Assembly: GCA_965230915.1 (NCBI GenBank)
Contig: OZ246395.1
Coordinates: 536,935-600,934, forward strand
Origin: an uncultured Candidatus Saccharibacteria bacterium
Lineage (GTDB): Bacteria; Patescibacteriota; WWE3; 2-01-FULL-39-13
Reading direction: 5' to 3'
Length of the DNA stretch: 64,000 nt
A program made the translations under genes and the position numbers. Positions 18,911-29,265 of this stretch are shown in pieces; within the stretch, counting starts at the first letter, position 1, and every line of letters begins with the position of its first letter. A model generated the notes under the pieces. It had not been told where the DNA came from. It saw only the letters and a program-made list of their open reading frames with translations, and searched no databases.

Positions 18911-19980
18911 TGAAAGCCGAAACAAAGTTACTTTTAGAAAAAATATTTAAGCTAACCTTTGGTATTTTCTTTATAATTTATCTTTGGATTCCGATTGTTA
19001 AAATGGACTTCAAATTTGCTGAAGTCAAAGCTGGGTCAGACAAGGAAAAGTTAAGTGGCATTCCTATTTTTAATCCCAGGTATCCGACTGAATCTATTTT
19101 ATCTTTTGAAAATTATTTTGGAGAAAACTTCGGGCTACGTAACCAGTTAATTACACTAAATAATAATTTAATTATTTTCACAACAGGTTATTCAAAACAA
19201 GCAAAAGTTGTGCTTGGACATGATGGCTGGTTATATTTTGAAGAAGGTTTAGTCGATAACTGGCGAAGACCTCCCTATACATATAAACAATTGGTAGATA
19301 TAAAAAATGATACAGTGACCGTAAAGGACAAATTAGCTGCTAATGGCATTCGCTATGTTATGGTAATAGCCCCTGATAAACATAATATATACCCTCAATA
19401 TTTGCCTAATGATTTTAAGAAGATTGCAACAAACCAACGAGCTTCACAACGCATAAATTATTTAAAGGAAAATACCGATATAGCAATTGTGGACTTAAGG
19501 CAGCCACTTTTATCAGCGAGAGAAAAATATCAAACATACTACAAAGCAGATACACATTGGAATAGTTATGGGAGTTTTATTGGCTATCAGGAAGTAATGA
19601 AAGAATTAAAGTCACAATTTCCAAACCTAGAACCATTAGAACTCGATGACTTTAACATTACTGTGTCTAGTAAGCAAAATACTGGTGATATGGCTAAAAA
19701 CCTTGCAATATATGATAAATTTAACGATAAAGAAATTACTTTAACCTTAAAAGAAGGAGTAAAAGAAGAAAAATTAACAAAAGATAAGAAGCTCAAAAAA
19801 GCAGTGGTCTATTTAGATTCGTTCTTTTCCCCTGGATATTCCTGGACCACCCTACAATACTTAAGACATCACTTCGATGTTGTGCTAGATTTCCCGAATC
19901 ACGAAGCATACGATTACGAAATGTTAATGAACCAAAAACCAGACGTTGTTATCTATGAAATCGTAGAACGTCATTTATAA
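18907..19980 (+). CDS. AlgJ/AlgX-family O-acetyltransferase
   Basis: N-terminal TM; GHDGWLY, APDKHNIYP, DTHWN, DSF, VER. Confidence 0.85.
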   Translation: MMKAETKLLLEKIFKLTFGIFFIIYLWIPIVKMDFKFAEVKAGSDKEKLSGIPIFNPRYPTESILSFENYFGENFGLRNQLITLNNNLIIFTTGYSKQAKVVLGHDGWLYFEEGLVDNWRRPPYTYKQLVDIKNDTVTVKDKLAANGIRYVMVIAPDKHNIYPQYLPNDFKKIATNQRASQRINYLKENTDIAIVDLRQPLLSAREKYQTYYKADTHWNSYGSFIGYQEVMKELKSQFPNLEPLELDDFNITVSSKQNTGDMAKNLAIYDKFNDKEITLTLKEGVKEEKLTKDKKLKKAVVYLDSFFSPGYSWTTLQYLRHHFDVVLDFPNHEAYDYEMLMNQKPDVVIYEIVERHL

Positions 19981-19984
19981 TTTA

Positions 19985-21508
19985 TTATTTCTTTCTATAA
20001 ATTCTAACCAAAGGCGTATCATCCACTTTTACGGAATGGATCTCATTATAATTTTCCAGAATTTTTAGCTCAGGACTATTATAGTAGTGGTGATATTCTG
20101 ATATTAAAATTAAATCTGGTGGGTTTAGCGGATCATATTTATCATAAAACTTTAATCGCTCATCGTATAACGGTGCGGTATGCTGTGGGTACAACAATTG
20201 TATAACCGACAAATTTTTATCAGCAAAAGTTGAATTAACATAATCCACTGCTTCGTGTATTCCTTCACCCCACCAGGCATAATCGAATAAATGGCTCTTA
20301 TAAACATTACGCGTTCCTCCATAAAAAATATTATAGTAGTCAAGATAATATGGAGTGAAAACACTTAAACTCCACATTACGGAACAGATCGCAATCACCG
20401 CAATAATTGGCCGTATTTTTTGATTTAGGCTATGTATAAATGTAGCAAACCCATATCCGGCAATTATCGCCAGCGCCGGAAAATATGAAAATACATAGCG
20501 AATTCCATCTTGTTTTAATCCTACAAAGGAAATTAAAAATGGAGTTAGAAACCATGCAAAAGTTAAGACTAAATATTGCTTGTGGTTTTGTGGAACTTTT
20601 CCTAGGACAAAATATAAAATAGTGATCAAAAAGGATAATAATACTAGTGGCTGGGTTGTCGCTGTAAAATATGTAAAATAATAGTACCAACCAGGTTGGC
20701 CAAGTGATCCTAAGAAGTATTCTCCCGAGTGTGCATTTCTAAAATATCCGAAACTTTTTAGTAAATTAAGCGGGTTTGGCCAAATCCAAGGCCACAGCAT
20801 GTAGATTAGAAATGCGACAAAAAATATTCCACTAACATTTATTAATAATAAATTGCGGCTGAAAGTTTTCTTTTTGAATAAGTAATAGCCATAAGTAAAT
20901 ATATAGAAGAATACAAAAAAGAGCCCGCTGAATTTTGTCAAAAAAAGTAGCGCAAAAAAAAGAAATGATAAGTATATTTTTTTGAAGTCAGGTTTCGAAG
21001 ATCTAAATAATCCTTCAATATAAAAATAAACTAATAATAAAGAAAATAAGGCTTGTGGCGTTTCTAGTCCAGCAACTGCATTATGGCCAATAAAGTGCGG
21101 CATTAGTGCCAAAAATAATGCTGAAAAAAAGGCTTTACGCTCGTCGAACCACTTCGTCGTAATGTAATATACAAAGAAAATTGTTAGTACCCCTATAAAC
21201 GCGCTTACAAGCTTTGCCAAGAAATAGCCTTTATCTTTATGAAAACCTTTATCTACTAAATCATGAATCGCAGGGACTCTATGTTCTATAAAACCAGGAA
21301 TTCCAAAAATATATTTGGCCATAGGTGGATGCTCATAGTTTACGATCCAAATATTATGGCTAAAATCTAAATTCTTAATACCACCAATGTAGATTTCCCC
21401 ACTGCGAACAACCGAAACTTCATCATACATTTCATCATTGCGAACAATTACTAAAAATCTTAAAACAAAGGCGATTAATAGGATCGATATAATAAGTGGT
21501 TTATTCAT
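19985..21508 (-). CDS. GT-C glycosyltransferase (GT39/PMT/ArnT-like)
   Basis: MYDE, EHPPMAKY, many TM segments, RY motif. Confidence 0.85.
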   Translation of the reverse strand: MNKPLIISILLIAFVLRFLVIVRNDEMYDEVSVVRSGEIYIGGIKNLDFSHNIWIVNYEHPPMAKYIFGIPGFIEHRVPAIHDLVDKGFHKDKGYFLAKLVSAFIGVLTIFFVYYITTKWFDERKAFFSALFLALMPHFIGHNAVAGLETPQALFSLLLVYFYIEGLFRSSKPDFKKIYLSFLFFALLFLTKFSGLFFVFFYIFTYGYYLFKKKTFSRNLLLINVSGIFFVAFLIYMLWPWIWPNPLNLLKSFGYFRNAHSGEYFLGSLGQPGWYYYFTYFTATTQPLVLLSFLITILYFVLGKVPQNHKQYLVLTFAWFLTPFLISFVGLKQDGIRYVFSYFPALAIIAGYGFATFIHSLNQKIRPIIAVIAICSVMWSLSVFTPYYLDYYNIFYGGTRNVYKSHLFDYAWWGEGIHEAVDYVNSTFADKNLSVIQLLYPQHTAPLYDERLKFYDKYDPLNPPDLILISEYHHYYNSPELKILENYNEIHSVKVDDTPLVRIYRKK

Positions 21509-22965
21509 TAGTCTATGCGATATAAATTTCTACCATTTACTGTAAAAATCTTCGTTGCTTTTGTAGAGCCTTTGATTCTATATAACTCTTTCATAAGTGT
21601 CTCATCAACTGGTTGACTCGTATCTAAATAGTAAACCAATTTTGAGTCAGAAGATTTAGCCCACTTTATCCACGAAAAATATCTATCTTTTAATTCTGAT
21701 TCAGGCTCGTAATACCATAACATATATAAAAATGGCTGCGAATCCTCACCCAATATATCAAAGTCCGCACCAGCGGAATCACGCCTTATATTTTCATATA
21801 TTAATTTTTGTGTATAAAACTTATCCTCTTCTGAAGTGTAATTAAAATAATTATATAAATTCTGTGTAACTATTATTAAAAACAGAATTAGAATTGGAAA
21901 ATATGTTTCTTTCCTTTTTATTTTCGCTAAAAGGGCTGCTATAAAAATAACCATCCATGGAATCAAAACAGATTGAAACCAGGCTTCGTGTAGCCCAACG
22001 TCGGTAAATTTCATTACAAATCCAAAAACTATTGAATATAATGCAATTATAAATGCCAGAATATTTATAAAATCCCTTTTTTGATAAGTCTGAATGGCAA
22101 AATAAAAAACTGCCAAAATCAGAAGGATACTCAAGAAAACATAAAATGGCGCACTTGAATAAAACAGCGTCGTAGAAGTATTTAGGCTATAGATTTTGAA
22201 AAAATTATTCATATAATCTATAAAACTTATAGCCTCTGTTTTAGGAGTGTTTAGATATTCTTGAATTTTTATAATATCCCAACCATTAAACTTCTTTTCC
22301 TGATATGCATATGGCAAAGCTGCCGCTACAAAGAGAATTAATCCTGAGTACGCTAATTCTTTAACTGAAAATTTAGGTCTTAAAATTGCGGCTAAAACAA
22401 CTAGAACTGGAATTACGAAAAACCCACTTGGATGAAAACTTACTAACATTGCTAGCGAGAATGAAATTAAAATACTTCCAATCCAATTTGCTTTTTTTAT
22501 TTTTAGAAAAACACCATAAATAAAAATTAGTGCGAACATTGGCATAAAACAGGGATTCAATCCGAACGCTCCTTCTTTTATTACTAAAAATGAAACTGAA
22601 TAAATTATTGTTGCAAAAATTGAGGTAGTCCTTCCAAAAATTTCTTTTGACGTCCAAAAAATTAAAATTAGAGCAATAATATTTAATACCGAAGAAGTAA
22701 TAGCTGGTGCTAATGGGTGGAATCCCATTACAAAATAGAATGGCGCAATAAGATAATAATAGATCGGACTTAGGTGCGCCCATACTAATGAAAAAACTGG
22801 TCCACGATATTGCCATTCATGATACTTAAACATCTTGTAAGTTAAAATCACATCGCGGGAATTGTCATGGCCAAAAGTCCCAAATTGTTCAATATTATAA
22901 AAACGCAAAAAAACACCCAGTAGAATTAAAACAATCGTAGTTGCATAATAATAATTTATCTTCAT
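21508..22965 (-). CDS. GT-C glycosyltransferase (GT39/ArnT-like)
   Basis: LRFYN, DNSRD, GP, HLSPIYYYL; multi-TM. Confidence 0.82.
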   Translation of the reverse strand: MKINYYYATTIVLILLGVFLRFYNIEQFGTFGHDNSRDVILTYKMFKYHEWQYRGPVFSLVWAHLSPIYYYLIAPFYFVMGFHPLAPAITSSVLNIIALILIFWTSKEIFGRTTSIFATIIYSVSFLVIKEGAFGLNPCFMPMFALIFIYGVFLKIKKANWIGSILISFSLAMLVSFHPSGFFVIPVLVVLAAILRPKFSVKELAYSGLILFVAAALPYAYQEKKFNGWDIIKIQEYLNTPKTEAISFIDYMNNFFKIYSLNTSTTLFYSSAPFYVFLSILLILAVFYFAIQTYQKRDFINILAFIIALYSIVFGFVMKFTDVGLHEAWFQSVLIPWMVIFIAALLAKIKRKETYFPILILFLIIVTQNLYNYFNYTSEEDKFYTQKLIYENIRRDSAGADFDILGEDSQPFLYMLWYYEPESELKDRYFSWIKWAKSSDSKLVYYLDTSQPVDETLMKELYRIKGSTKATKIFTVNGRNLYRID

Positions 22966-23030
22966 TGATTCTGGCAGAAATTATTGGCTATATATTACGG
23001 AGTATAACAAATTGCTATATAATTGCTTTG

Positions 23031-23750
23031 ATGAATCACCTTTTTACTGACAAAATTCAATCTAACAATTCCGAATTTATACAGCTAACTCAGGATGTTT
23101 TACAATCAAATTTACTTGTAGTAGGTGAAGTACATGGAGTAAAAGAAAATGCATTTTTATACTATTCCCTATTCCATTTGTTCGAGCTAGACACCATCGT
23201 GCTCGCATATCCTCAATCATTAAAAGAACCTTTCATGAATTTTTTAACAACTGGGGTTTTTCCAATTCATTATTTAACTGGAAGTATTTCTGATGGAAGT
23301 GTGAATAAAACTTATATGCTTCTTTTTAAAACTTTATATAACGAAGGGATTTTAAAGAAAATTGTATTTATCGAACCTGATCGTAAGGATTTCCCACACT
23401 GGAACGACAAAGAAAAAAACACTTTTGAAAATTTGAGAAACGAAGATTTATCCCAAAATAAGACGCTAGTTATTCTTGGCAATATGCATACCGAGACTGA
23501 ACCTTTTACGATAAATACAAATGTGCAGTCAGAATCAGGATCGCTAATTCCAATCGCTTATCATATGCGTCAGCATTATGGAATGTTCCCGATCTGCAAA
23601 CTTTTTTATCATTCCGGGAAATATTATAATTTTGAAGTAAAAGAATTTCCTAAGACACACACTCCAGAGCATATGCTTAGAAAGCGTCAGACTAAATCAA
23701 TGGAGTATGAACTTCATTTAGAAAACGTAACGCCAGTAGATAACTTTTAA
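23031..23750 (+). CDS. hypothetical protein, EreA/ChaN/TIKI-like motifs
   Basis: VVGEVHG and LGNMH motifs; ATG 23031 preceded by TATAAT. Confidence 0.55.
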   Translation: MNHLFTDKIQSNNSEFIQLTQDVLQSNLLVVGEVHGVKENAFLYYSLFHLFELDTIVLAYPQSLKEPFMNFLTTGVFPIHYLTGSISDGSVNKTYMLLFKTLYNEGILKKIVFIEPDRKDFPHWNDKEKNTFENLRNEDLSQNKTLVILGNMHTETEPFTINTNVQSESGSLIPIAYHMRQHYGMFPICKLFYHSGKYYNFEVKEFPKTHTPEHMLRKRQTKSMEYELHLENVTPVDNF

Positions 23751-25234
23751 GTTAAAAGGGATATTGCATATACTAGTAATACCAATGCAGAAATTAATGG
23801 AGAAATTTCCGCAATTTTTTCGAATCTGCCGTAAGCTCCCTTTTTTAAGTGAGTCATTAAAAACACCACAAATGCTAAGGCAATAAATATACCTAGACCA
23901 AAACATAAAATAGCAGGTACTAGAACCCATATTTTATTGGTTGATAAAATCAACATAAATATCGTCCAGCCAAAAACACATGGCGCAAGCCCCGCCAAAA
24001 AACCTAATGCCAATTGTTCCTTAAAGGTAACTTCTGTATTAGCATCAATGTGAACATGCCCTGGAATTTCTAAATTGGTATTTTTTGAAATCATCTTTTT
24101 CAGGAAATATTGAACGTTCCTAAAGAGTAGAAACACAGACATGAATAGAAGTGCATATGCTGCAAATTTTTCGATCATAGAAAAATGAGAAAGTATATCG
24201 AAGTAGTTATCAACCGCCAATAAGATAAGTCCAACTATTATAATGTCGCCTAAATGTGTAATGGTAAAAATTGTTGCATACGCAATGCCTTTTTTAAAAC
24301 TCATTCGATTATGAATCATGCTTGATGCCAAAATAGTTTTACTATGTCCTGCTTCTACAGTATGTAAAAAGCCTAAAGCTAAAACTAATATTAAAAGCAT
24401 GGGAACCGATTGATCCTTAGCGATTGCAGTTTTTAAATATAAAGTATCGCTTAAAGTTGTAAGCCAACTTCTTTGCTTTGGGCCAGGGCCAACCGGAGAT
24501 GTGCTTGGCTTTTCAGCAGGACTACCAACCGTACCATTTGTACCTGTGTTTGTATTAATTTTCGTATTTGCCTCAACTTTAAATTCATCTGGAAGATTTT
24601 CAGTAACCTGTTCAGCCGGTAAATTTGCTGAATTTATAACAGTTTTATCTCCTTGCGGGTTATTTTTTAAATCGGAGGCATTAAATTCGTAAATTTGATT
24701 GTTATTCCCTAAAGTTGTTGCTATTAATAAATTTTCGCCATTGTTTATCCATATATGATTACTTTCGTATGGGAAATTAGTCAAAAACAATTTATTTTCG
24801 ATTTTAACGTTTTCTATTTTTGATGCGCAAATATATGACCCAATCACACGTGTCCCAAGCGAAAGCGAAATTTGATCCTCCGTAACTGGTGATTCATCTA
24901 TCTTTATAGTGCAATCCTGACCATTATTTGTAATCTTTATGTTGTTTTTAACATACTCGTTATAAATATCCTGGTATTTCAACAGCTCCATAATGTCAGT
25001 TTCTTTTTTGCCTGTTGATGCGTCGACTAAAATCGCCGCCTGAAGCCAATTTAAATATGAATACATGTTTATCTGATTTTCATTCATCGTGCTGTTATCA
25101 ACTTCTTTTTCGTAATAGAAGTAAGAATCAGTGATATCGACAGGATCAGCGAAAACTTTCGATGGTTTTATAAAAAGTGGAAGTATACCTAAAGAGATTA
25201 ATAGGACTATCAGTAATTTTTTGTACACGATCAT
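23747..25234 (-). CDS. RcnA/NiCoT-like nickel/cobalt transporter with large N-terminal ectodomain
   Basis: GFLHTVEAGHSK, TITH, GLAPC motifs in the C-terminal TM domain; signal peptide. Confidence 0.7.
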   Translation of the reverse strand: MIVYKKLLIVLLISLGILPLFIKPSKVFADPVDITDSYFYYEKEVDNSTMNENQINMYSYLNWLQAAILVDASTGKKETDIMELLKYQDIYNEYVKNNIKITNNGQDCTIKIDESPVTEDQISLSLGTRVIGSYICASKIENVKIENKLFLTNFPYESNHIWINNGENLLIATTLGNNNQIYEFNASDLKNNPQGDKTVINSANLPAEQVTENLPDEFKVEANTKINTNTGTNGTVGSPAEKPSTSPVGPGPKQRSWLTTLSDTLYLKTAIAKDQSVPMLLILVLALGFLHTVEAGHSKTILASSMIHNRMSFKKGIAYATIFTITHLGDIIIVGLILLAVDNYFDILSHFSMIEKFAAYALLFMSVFLLFRNVQYFLKKMISKNTNLEIPGHVHIDANTEVTFKEQLALGFLAGLAPCVFGWTIFMLILSTNKIWVLVPAILCFGLGIFIALAFVVFLMTHLKKGAYGRFEKIAEISPLISALVLLVYAISLLT

Positions 25235-25237
25235 AGA

Positions 25238-25600
25238 TTAGTCTAAATAGTCATAAAAGACAAATTTTGGAGTACTGGTATATGGATTTACCAGTACCAT
25301 TAAAACTTTAATTTTGAGTTCACAATCATTAAATCGCCGATTATCAGCTAAAAATTTATATATACCCCTTCTAATTTTATGCACTTTGAATGCGTTAACC
25401 GATTTATAGTGCTCCTTTAGGTCAAATTCGATACGTGTTTTAACTTCGATAAAATATAGCACGCTGTCTTTTTGAGCAATGATGTCGATTTCCGAATATT
25501 TGCCATATCGATAGTTTCTAGCGATTATTCTATATCTTTGGCGAATAAGGTAATTTCTGGCATATGATTCACCCAATTTACCCAACAAAATGTTGTTCAT
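25238..25600 (-). CDS. yraN: YraN/UPF0102 family nuclease-like protein
   Basis: GKLGE, EIDIIA, FIEVKTR; lies next to rplS. Confidence 0.88.
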   Translation of the reverse strand: MNNILLGKLGESYARNYLIRQRYRIIARNYRYGKYSEIDIIAQKDSVLYFIEVKTRIEFDLKEHYKSVNAFKVHKIRRGIYKFLADNRRFNDCELKIKVLMVLVNPYTSTPKFVFYDYLD

Positions 25601-25656
25601 GTCTAAAATTTATCTTAGTTTTGTGAAAAATTTCTTAATAGAAAGTTAAAAGAGGA

Positions 25657-26115
25657 TTATCTTTCTTTAATTTTTGAAGCAGCTTTTCCTGTTCTTTCTC
25701 TTAGGTAGTAAAGTTTTGCGCGTCTAACTTTTCCTGAAGCTCTAACAGCTACAGATTCAATATTTGGAGATGACATTGGGAAAATTCTTTCTACGCCAAT
25801 ATTCGCAGCACCCATTCTTCTAACGGTGAATGTCTTTGAAACGCCGGAACCTTTGATACCTATAACAATACCTTCGTATGGCTGAACTCTAGATTTTGAA
25901 CCTTCAATAATCTTATAGTTAACAACGACCTTATCACCTACTCTAAATTTTAGTTTTGGAGTATCAATAGCTTCAGTTTCAGCTGTTTCTACTGCTTCTG
26001 CAGTATTTGCTTCATTTGTATCAGCAACTTCAACAGTTTCGGCTGTTTCAGCTACTTCTGGAGTCTGATCTGTGACTTTGGTTGAATTGTCTTGTGTATC
26101 AGGTTGGTCGGCCAT
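25657..26115 (-). CDS. rplS: 50S ribosomal protein L19 with acidic N-terminal extension
   Basis: [38 protein letters not shown]. Confidence 0.97.
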   Translation of the reverse strand: MADQPDTQDNSTKVTDQTPEVAETAETVEVADTNEANTAEAVETAETEAIDTPKLKFRVGDKVVVNYKIIEGSKSRVQPYEGIVIGIKGSGVSKTFTVRRMGAANIGVERIFPMSSPNIESVAVRASGKVRRAKLYYLRERTGKAASKIKER

Positions 26116-26161
26116 TACGCAGGAAATTTTAACCTATTTCTATAATTTCCGCAATATATAA

Positions 26162-26321
26162 GCCTATTTAGGGAAAAACGGATAGCCAGCAGGTCGGAAT
26201 TAATTATAGTGCACTAAAGTGCTAAAGATCGCCATTGATCTTACTATAAGAAATCCCTTCCTGCTGGCTGAACTGATGACTTACCTCTCGCGGGGGGTCC
26301 TATTTAAGGCAGTAAATAGGC
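26162..26321. other. nested inverted-repeat element
   Basis: AGCCAGCAGG/CCTGCTGGCT outer stem enclosing TTATAGT/ACTATAA and two small hairpins; GCCTATTTA/TAAATAGGC outermost pair. Confidence 0.65.
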
Positions 26322-26325
26322 CTCG

Positions 26326-29265
26326 TTATTCTATGCCGTGCAGATATGGAAAGAATGTGAACGACTTCTCGGGTTCATTTGGCTCGCAATTCAGGTCAGC
26401 GAGACGAGGATATTGATGAACCCAATATTTATCGCCCTCCAAAACTACCGTATCGCCAGCGCTATCCGCAATAACAAGAACAACCCCACCAGGAACCGCC
26501 GACCCAACGATGGTATAGTCGATACCCTCGACAGTTGGCGTCAATACAATGGCGAATGGATCTTCGCAAGTCGGATCAGCAAACAGCGGTGGTGCAGTCT
26601 CTACAACTGTGGGCTGAACGCCACAAACCGTGTGGTCGCCCAAATCGATAACCTGAGGCGAGTAGTCACTCGGCAAAGTATAAGTCGGAGCGTTAGCTAC
26701 GGCCAATACAACGGCGATGTTTGCTGTCGGATTTTCCGGGTACACCGAATAACTGATCTGATCAGTATCGTCGGGGACCTCAACCAAACCGACTTCGTTA
26801 CATGCCCCTGGCTCGATTACATCGAACAATGCCAATTTGGGCACCACAACAGTAGGCTTGAAAGTGCAATCAGGCGCCGCCGGGTAAGTATGACTCCATT
26901 GCGTATCACCTGTAAGAGTGAAAGCATTCGGATCAACCGATTCGCGCAACTCTGCACTAACAGTGACCGACTTGCTAGGTTCAACTTCACCGACATACGA
27001 ATAGCGAATGAAATCGCTATTATCGAAATTGATAGAGGCATCAACCTCGCAAGTCGGATCAACAAACTCAGGCGCAACCGTTTCGACTTCAATCGGTGGC
27101 ACAGAACAATCCGGGGCAACACTGAAATCATGAATCCACGTTGACGATCCAACAATCTCAAAGAAAGTCGGGTCGACAGAATTGCGCAATTCAGCGGTCA
27201 CAGTGACGCGCTCGCCTGCAGCAACCGAACCATCTGTGTCGTACTTGATAAAATCGTCTTCCGGAGTGATTACATCGGCGACAACAGAACAAGTTTCTTC
27301 AACAAACGTCGGTGCAGTTGCTGTTAACTGAGTCGGTTCGACAGTGCAATCGGGCGCTTCATCGAATGTGTGAGACCAAAGCTTAGGTTCCATAAGCGTA
27401 TAGCTTTCAGAATCCACCGATTGTCGCAATTGTGCTCCAACTTCGACGAACTGGCCTGCTGAAACCGTACCGGTAACTACATAAGACACAAAATCAGTGT
27501 CAGATGTAACAACCTGGGCCGGCGTTTCGCATGTCTGTTCTTCGAAAACTGGCGCTTCTGCCATCAGTTCGATCGGATCTACGCATTCAACAAAATCACC
27601 CAAATACACGGCAAACTGCCAATCTGGGTTGGTTGAAACAAAACCATCTTCGACTTCGTGTGTTACAACAACAAACCCTTCGATCGGATCGACAGGATCC
27701 ACCAAATAGGTAATGTGTTCTGTCGTGGCCGGAGTTACCGAGCCTTCAACACCACACACACCTTCAGGAATTATCGTAACTTGCGGATTCTCTGGCATCA
27801 CACTCACAGGACAATTGAGAGATTCAACCGTCACAAAAGTGTGGGACCAACTGATCTCTCCAACAGCCATCTTATTCTTGATGCTGGCTTTGAGACTCGC
27901 ATTCACTTCAACGGTACTACCTGGCGTTGTTTCTCCCATAACTTCGTAAACGAAGTCGTTGTCGGGGAAAGAAACCGACGCACTCTGCATGGAACATGTC
28001 GGTTCATTGAATGTCGGGTCGTCAGGTTCGACCGAGTCGGGTGCGAATGTGTATTTTACACACCCAATGGTCAAGTCCTGTATGATTCCGCCACCAAAAA
28101 CGCCACTTCCCAAAGCAAAGCCGACGGCCAAAGCATGAGCATCTGGATATGCATCCAAGATCTTATACATCTCGCCTTGGACTGGGTAACCCTGAGATGG
28201 GTAACCAATATTCGGCAACCCCGGGAAAGTAGTAGTGTTAATGGAATTACTCCACCAAACATCACCATAATAGCCGGGTTCATACGCCATATAGCCATCG
28301 AAAGTGCCATTGTTGTCGAGATCAACCTTAAGCTGAAGTCCTGCAGGGGGAGTAACCGAATAACCGCTGATAGCAGCATAAGTAAGTGACAAAGTTCCGG
28401 TAGTCCCGATTTCCTTCAAATGGAAGTTAATCGGGTAATAACCCTTTACCTTGTCCTGACCTGTAGTGCCATTTGTATGGATCAACAAACCTTGCGGCGA
28501 TGCCCCATTTTGCGCGACAAACTCGTAATAGCCCGACGTGCCGGTCTCTGTGTCGAGATCCCAACCCTGTCGGTTGCTAAAAGTTATCGGCTCAGCGTTA
28601 GTCACCTCGTCGCAGGCCAGAGGCTCAGAGACGAAATAGGTTGTCTTGCAGTCGAATGTGATCGACTTAAGCACTGAAGTGCCAGGCTGATATGATCCGT
28701 AAGAAACTCCATATGCCACAACCATGAGATTAGGATTGGCAGTAAGAATTTCATCAAGATCAACCTGATGCCGTGTCTCGTAAGGCTCGGCAGTTTGATT
28801 TGCGGCATTCGGAACGCCCAGATCTGTGCCTGTTCGCCACCAATAGCCGTCAAACACGCCCTTATTGTCGGGATCATTGTAAACCTGCTCCCAAACAAGA
28901 GTTGCACCAGGATCACCATCAGACCACCCAGTTACCGCAAGTTGATATGTCGCGGTACCGGTACGATCAAAATCGAGCGAGTCAATTTCAGAAAGAGGTA
29001 CATTGACCTCTTTCATCAAAAACACTTTCGACAGATTCTGCGGGTTCACCATCTCCAAGCCGTTAGGCGTGAACATGTACGAACCTTCAAATGTTCCGTT
29101 GTAATTGTTACTTACAACCCAGCCATCCAAAGCATAGGGTGTAACAATTACCTCAGAGTCTTCGCAGATTGCATCTCCCGGAAAGACCGCCTGCGCACTC
29201 CCATAGGACAAAACATTCATGAAAAGCGCGCATACCAAAATCCCCAATACCATCCTAAAACGCAT
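26326..29265 (-). CDS. large secreted repeat-containing surface protein
   Basis: AGAAAGGA SD before ATG 29265; signal peptide; two ~190-aa N-terminal domains plus seven ~75-80-aa Cys-paired repeats; visibly higher GC than flanks. Confidence 0.85.
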   Translation of the reverse strand: MRFRMVLGILVCALFMNVLSYGSAQAVFPGDAICEDSEVIVTPYALDGWVVSNNYNGTFEGSYMFTPNGLEMVNPQNLSKVFLMKEVNVPLSEIDSLDFDRTGTATYQLAVTGWSDGDPGATLVWEQVYNDPDNKGVFDGYWWRTGTDLGVPNAANQTAEPYETRHQVDLDEILTANPNLMVVAYGVSYGSYQPGTSVLKSITFDCKTTYFVSEPLACDEVTNAEPITFSNRQGWDLDTETGTSGYYEFVAQNGASPQGLLIHTNGTTGQDKVKGYYPINFHLKEIGTTGTLSLTYAAISGYSVTPPAGLQLKVDLDNNGTFDGYMAYEPGYYGDVWWSNSINTTTFPGLPNIGYPSQGYPVQGEMYKILDAYPDAHALAVGFALGSGVFGGGIIQDLTIGCVKYTFAPDSVEPDDPTFNEPTCSMQSASVSFPDNDFVYEVMGETTPGSTVEVNASLKASIKNKMAVGEISWSHTFVTVESLNCPVSVMPENPQVTIIPEGVCGVEGSVTPATTEHITYLVDPVDPIEGFVVVTHEVEDGFVSTNPDWQFAVYLGDFVECVDPIELMAEAPVFEEQTCETPAQVVTSDTDFVSYVVTGTVSAGQFVEVGAQLRQSVDSESYTLMEPKLWSHTFDEAPDCTVEPTQLTATAPTFVEETCSVVADVITPEDDFIKYDTDGSVAAGERVTVTAELRNSVDPTFFEIVGSSTWIHDFSVAPDCSVPPIEVETVAPEFVDPTCEVDASINFDNSDFIRYSYVGEVEPSKSVTVSAELRESVDPNAFTLTGDTQWSHTYPAAPDCTFKPTVVVPKLALFDVIEPGACNEVGLVEVPDDTDQISYSVYPENPTANIAVVLAVANAPTYTLPSDYSPQVIDLGDHTVCGVQPTVVETAPPLFADPTCEDPFAIVLTPTVEGIDYTIVGSAVPGGVVLVIADSAGDTVVLEGDKYWVHQYPRLADLNCEPNEPEKSFTFFPYLHGIE

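Noticed and set aside
26270-26300. CTGATGA suggesting a hammerhead ribozyme
   Set aside because: No correctly placed GAAA/stem II or NUH cleavage site, and stem I is not adjacent to the core
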